Source: a virus
Lineage: Duplodnaviria; Heunggongvirae; Uroviricota; Caudoviricetes
Length of the DNA: 64,000 bases
IMG/VR virus record: IMGVR_UViG_3300032155_000026
Location: 12,916-76,915 of that record
Strand: one strand, 5' to 3'
Under the pieces are notes generated by a model that saw only the letters and a list, made by a program, of their open reading frames with translations, was not told the origin of the DNA and made no database searches. Below, in pieces: positions 62,901 through 64,000 of the stretch. The number at the start of each line of letters is the position of its first letter. Positions within the stretch are counted from its first letter, which is position 1. The translations under genes and the position numbers were made by a program.

Positions 62901-63698
62901 TGTCTCGGTAACCTGGCGTTGCTGCGCTGGCAGCTGCACCAGGAGCTGGACGTGCGCATCGGAGGTCGTGTGCTATTCAGGCACGCCCCGGTAATGTCCG
63001 GGGCGTCTTGGGGGTCGGCTACAGGTATAGGCGACGGTGTACCTGGCGGGTCCACGATAGCCGTGTTGCCGCTGAAGGCTGGGTCGTATCTGGCCAGGGT
63101 GTACGACGCGCAGGGAATCGCGTCGGAGCCAGCCATCGTCACGACGGCTGGCGCGACGGTGCTGGAATTCGGACCGGTGCAGTCGATTGAAGAGCACCCG
63201 CAGTTCCTCGGAGACGCAGTCGGTTGCGCAGCGCTCGACGGAAGTCTGCGGCTTATCGGCAACGCCCTTGTGGACGACATAGTGCTGATCGATGATGTCT
63301 CGTCTCTGGATGGTCTTGGCGGGGTGCGCGTCGGCGGAACGTACGGATTTTCGGCAGGCATGGACTTCACGACCCCGCGCCGCGTGCGTCTACTCTCAGT
63401 AGTGGGTGCGCAGTGTTTCAACGTAGTCGACGTCGTAGATGCCCGCGAGCAACCAGTCGACGACTGGTTGGATGTTGACGGTGTGGACGTTGGAGCGGCA
63501 GACGCCACCGTGTGGTTCTCTGAGACAGATGACGACCCGGCGAACCCCGACGCCGTATGGTCGGATTGGAATAGGCTGGATGCGGCAGATGTGTTCACGA
63601 GGGGGCTGCGCTTTCAGCTGAGGCTGGAGTCGCGGGACACCGATGTGAATATTTACGTTTCGCACCTGGCGGTGCATGCCGAGGAGGTTATACAGTGA
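59964..63698 (+). CDS. tail tip: gpI-like domain fused to host-specificity gpJ-like protein
   Basis: N-terminal ~200 aa resembles lambda I (Gly run GGGGGGGG, hydrophobic segment). Then a J-like region (PVMFGKVRCTPTIIGKYV...), 1244 aa. Confidence 0.65.
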   Translation: MSDAKIYMTVVRNPFLFLSDPNRGREIVELDYVPGRTLMEYAEDYRPSDMPMAYSINGGVTPGLAIPQPGDFLAVCPDHRGGGGGGGGKNPIKTILMLAVVVVAAYVVGPAAAGMVDASLGVGALAGTSTHAFLVSAAGALASAATIAIGGLILNAAFPTPSPDLGGAAVSASDWEAESPTYGWDQSANPQSEGRALPVMFGKVRCTPTIIGKYVTAADDGKQYLNLLLALSEGEDVPGSGRGVVEVEDIYLNGRQIGDYTGVTYEVRPGTVDQSVTDGFGDTVSHESVSRPLKRGEDYSSSKAYAVGDVVWENSVAYEAIAITNAGEAPSTTPAKWRTYWIEIPLFGTATSALGLGAICPYGLYYANNDGGLSQESIYLDVDYKIDGGSWTPWLADYEISGAQREPVTKYWRKDGLAEGKYSVRMRYHRKPSTSARAGTQCTFDFLQEIVVDDFSYPCTALVAIRALATDQLSGGLPRVEVLAKRMTLSVWDGTAWEQKAATNPAWATWSLIQNARYGMGWPKERMLYSEFADWAAWCDEKGLTVNVYIDVFSSGPEALKRTSELGRGTMIQRGMNVGCLADMPADPVQMFSVGNILADSFSQSWLELKDRANVIEITYPDEATEFTRQTVELRRKNLDENTDDVVRQSVSLPGCTSRELAVRHGRFLLNSNEYLLRTAMWKADVDAIACQPGDVVMLQHDLPMWGEGGRVVGCAGTTLTLDKQVTLEPGVSYAVQLRYSVLPAAWDAGTSYLHGAHVVHGGRMFKARTSVAAGTSTSDRTYWAAVSDWFEELPVQSVALQTTTAVLELTRTPAGTVSKFDVYQFGELNRLHDKFRVLSISRDKDLVCTLTALEYNAAVYNDDEVIPPYSTASAIRTQYGITANEVWEVGPDGTALPYIILTWQGMAVSWDVYYREVGGAWVRHGTSSRPRYRIDGLPGVKTYEFSAATGAPDRGTKVQLSVGGKEKIPDALEGLTIACLGNLALLRWQLHQELDVRIGGRVLFRHAPVMSGASWGSATGIGDGVPGGSTIAVLPLKAGSYLARVYDAQGIASEPAIVTTAGATVLEFGPVQSIEEHPQFLGDAVGCAALDGSLRLIGNALVDDIVLIDDVSSLDGLGGVRVGGTYGFSAGMDFTTPRRVRLLSVVGAQCFNVVDVVDAREQPVDDWLDVDGVDVGAADATVWFSETDDDPANPDAVWSDWNRLDAADVFTRGLRFQLRLESRDTDVNIYVSHLAVHAEEVIQ
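62347..62366. repeat. palindrome copy 20, variant CAGTGCAATCGGTTGCACTG
   Basis: Inside the J-like gene. Confidence 0.75.
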
Positions 63699-64000
63699 GC
63701 CAGAACGACTTCGTGATCGATAACGCCGCGGGACTGATCTTCCGTCTGGATGTCCAGAATGCGCTGCAGGCGCTGGCGAGCCTGAACTCGGGCCCAGCTG
63801 CGCCGACTACCACGTACCCGCTCATGCTGTGGGCGGACACGGCGCACAACCTGCTCAAGATGCGCAACACCGCGGATGACGTATGGGTGCCGCTGTGTGA
63901 CCTCGGAGTGGCGCTGGCTCGCGGAGATCATACGCATTCTGGTGTCTACGAGGCCATCGACCCGGCCATCGTGCGGGACGACGCGCCTCTCTCCGCCCCG
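63695..64000 (+). CDS. tail fiber protein, 3'-partial
   Basis: GTG overlapping the J-like stop. Open to window end. Confidence 0.4.
   Translation, partial: MSQNDFVIDNAAGLIFRLDVQNALQALASLNSGPAAPTTTYPLMLWADTAHNLLKMRNTADDVWVPLCDLGVALARGDHTHSGVYEAIDPAIVRDDAPLSAP

Overview
This window looks like the interior of a high-GC (roughly 60-65%) tailed-phage genome or prophage. Every gene I can support is on the + strand; the long minus-strand ORFs in the track read as antisense artefacts of GC-rich coding sequence.

Gene order, start to end:
- a 5'-partial nuclease-like ORF and a Cas4/RecB-type PD-(D/E)xK exonuclease;
- overlapping Rz/Rz1-type spanins;
- an intein-containing (LAGLIDADG) ribonucleotide reductase;
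- a sigma-70-family factor, a metallophosphoesterase, a RuvC-like resolvase, an AAA+ ATPase and a ParB-like protein;
- a ~7 kb cassette of sugar-nucleotide modification enzymes (dehydratase, DegT aminotransferase, cupin, oxidoreductase, SAM-methyltransferase) with two paralogous putative glycosyltransferases;
- an Ndt/DUF1937-like protein and the terminase large subunit;
- a ~25 kb accessory region of ~60 small ORFs (a tandem paralog family, MazG, ThyX, an NfeD-like/SPFH pair, a secreted Cys-repeat protein, tRNA-Pro);
- a scaffold / major-capsid / lambda-like tail module (connector, gp10-like, major tail, G/GT chaperone with a -1 frameshift, tape measure, M/L/K-like, I-J fusion, fiber).

No portal, integrase or DNA polymerase is recognisable in the window.

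Structure not explained by the genes:
- 20 copies of a 16-24 bp perfect palindrome (core GTGCAATCGATTGCAC), mostly exactly at gene junctions; one of them is a canonical intrinsic terminator.
- Four copies of a sigma70-like promoter placed exactly 6 nt upstream of a conserved ATGGAAAT(A/C)(G/A)TTCAACAAA start (candidate leaderless-mRNA module).
- Further repeated promoter-like intergenic elements.
- A gene-junction cassette AGGAGGTTGCGNCTGTGA reused in a tandem paralog array.
- Several apparent frameshift or nonsense interruptions.

All functional calls are from motif recognition by eye; no database search was possible.
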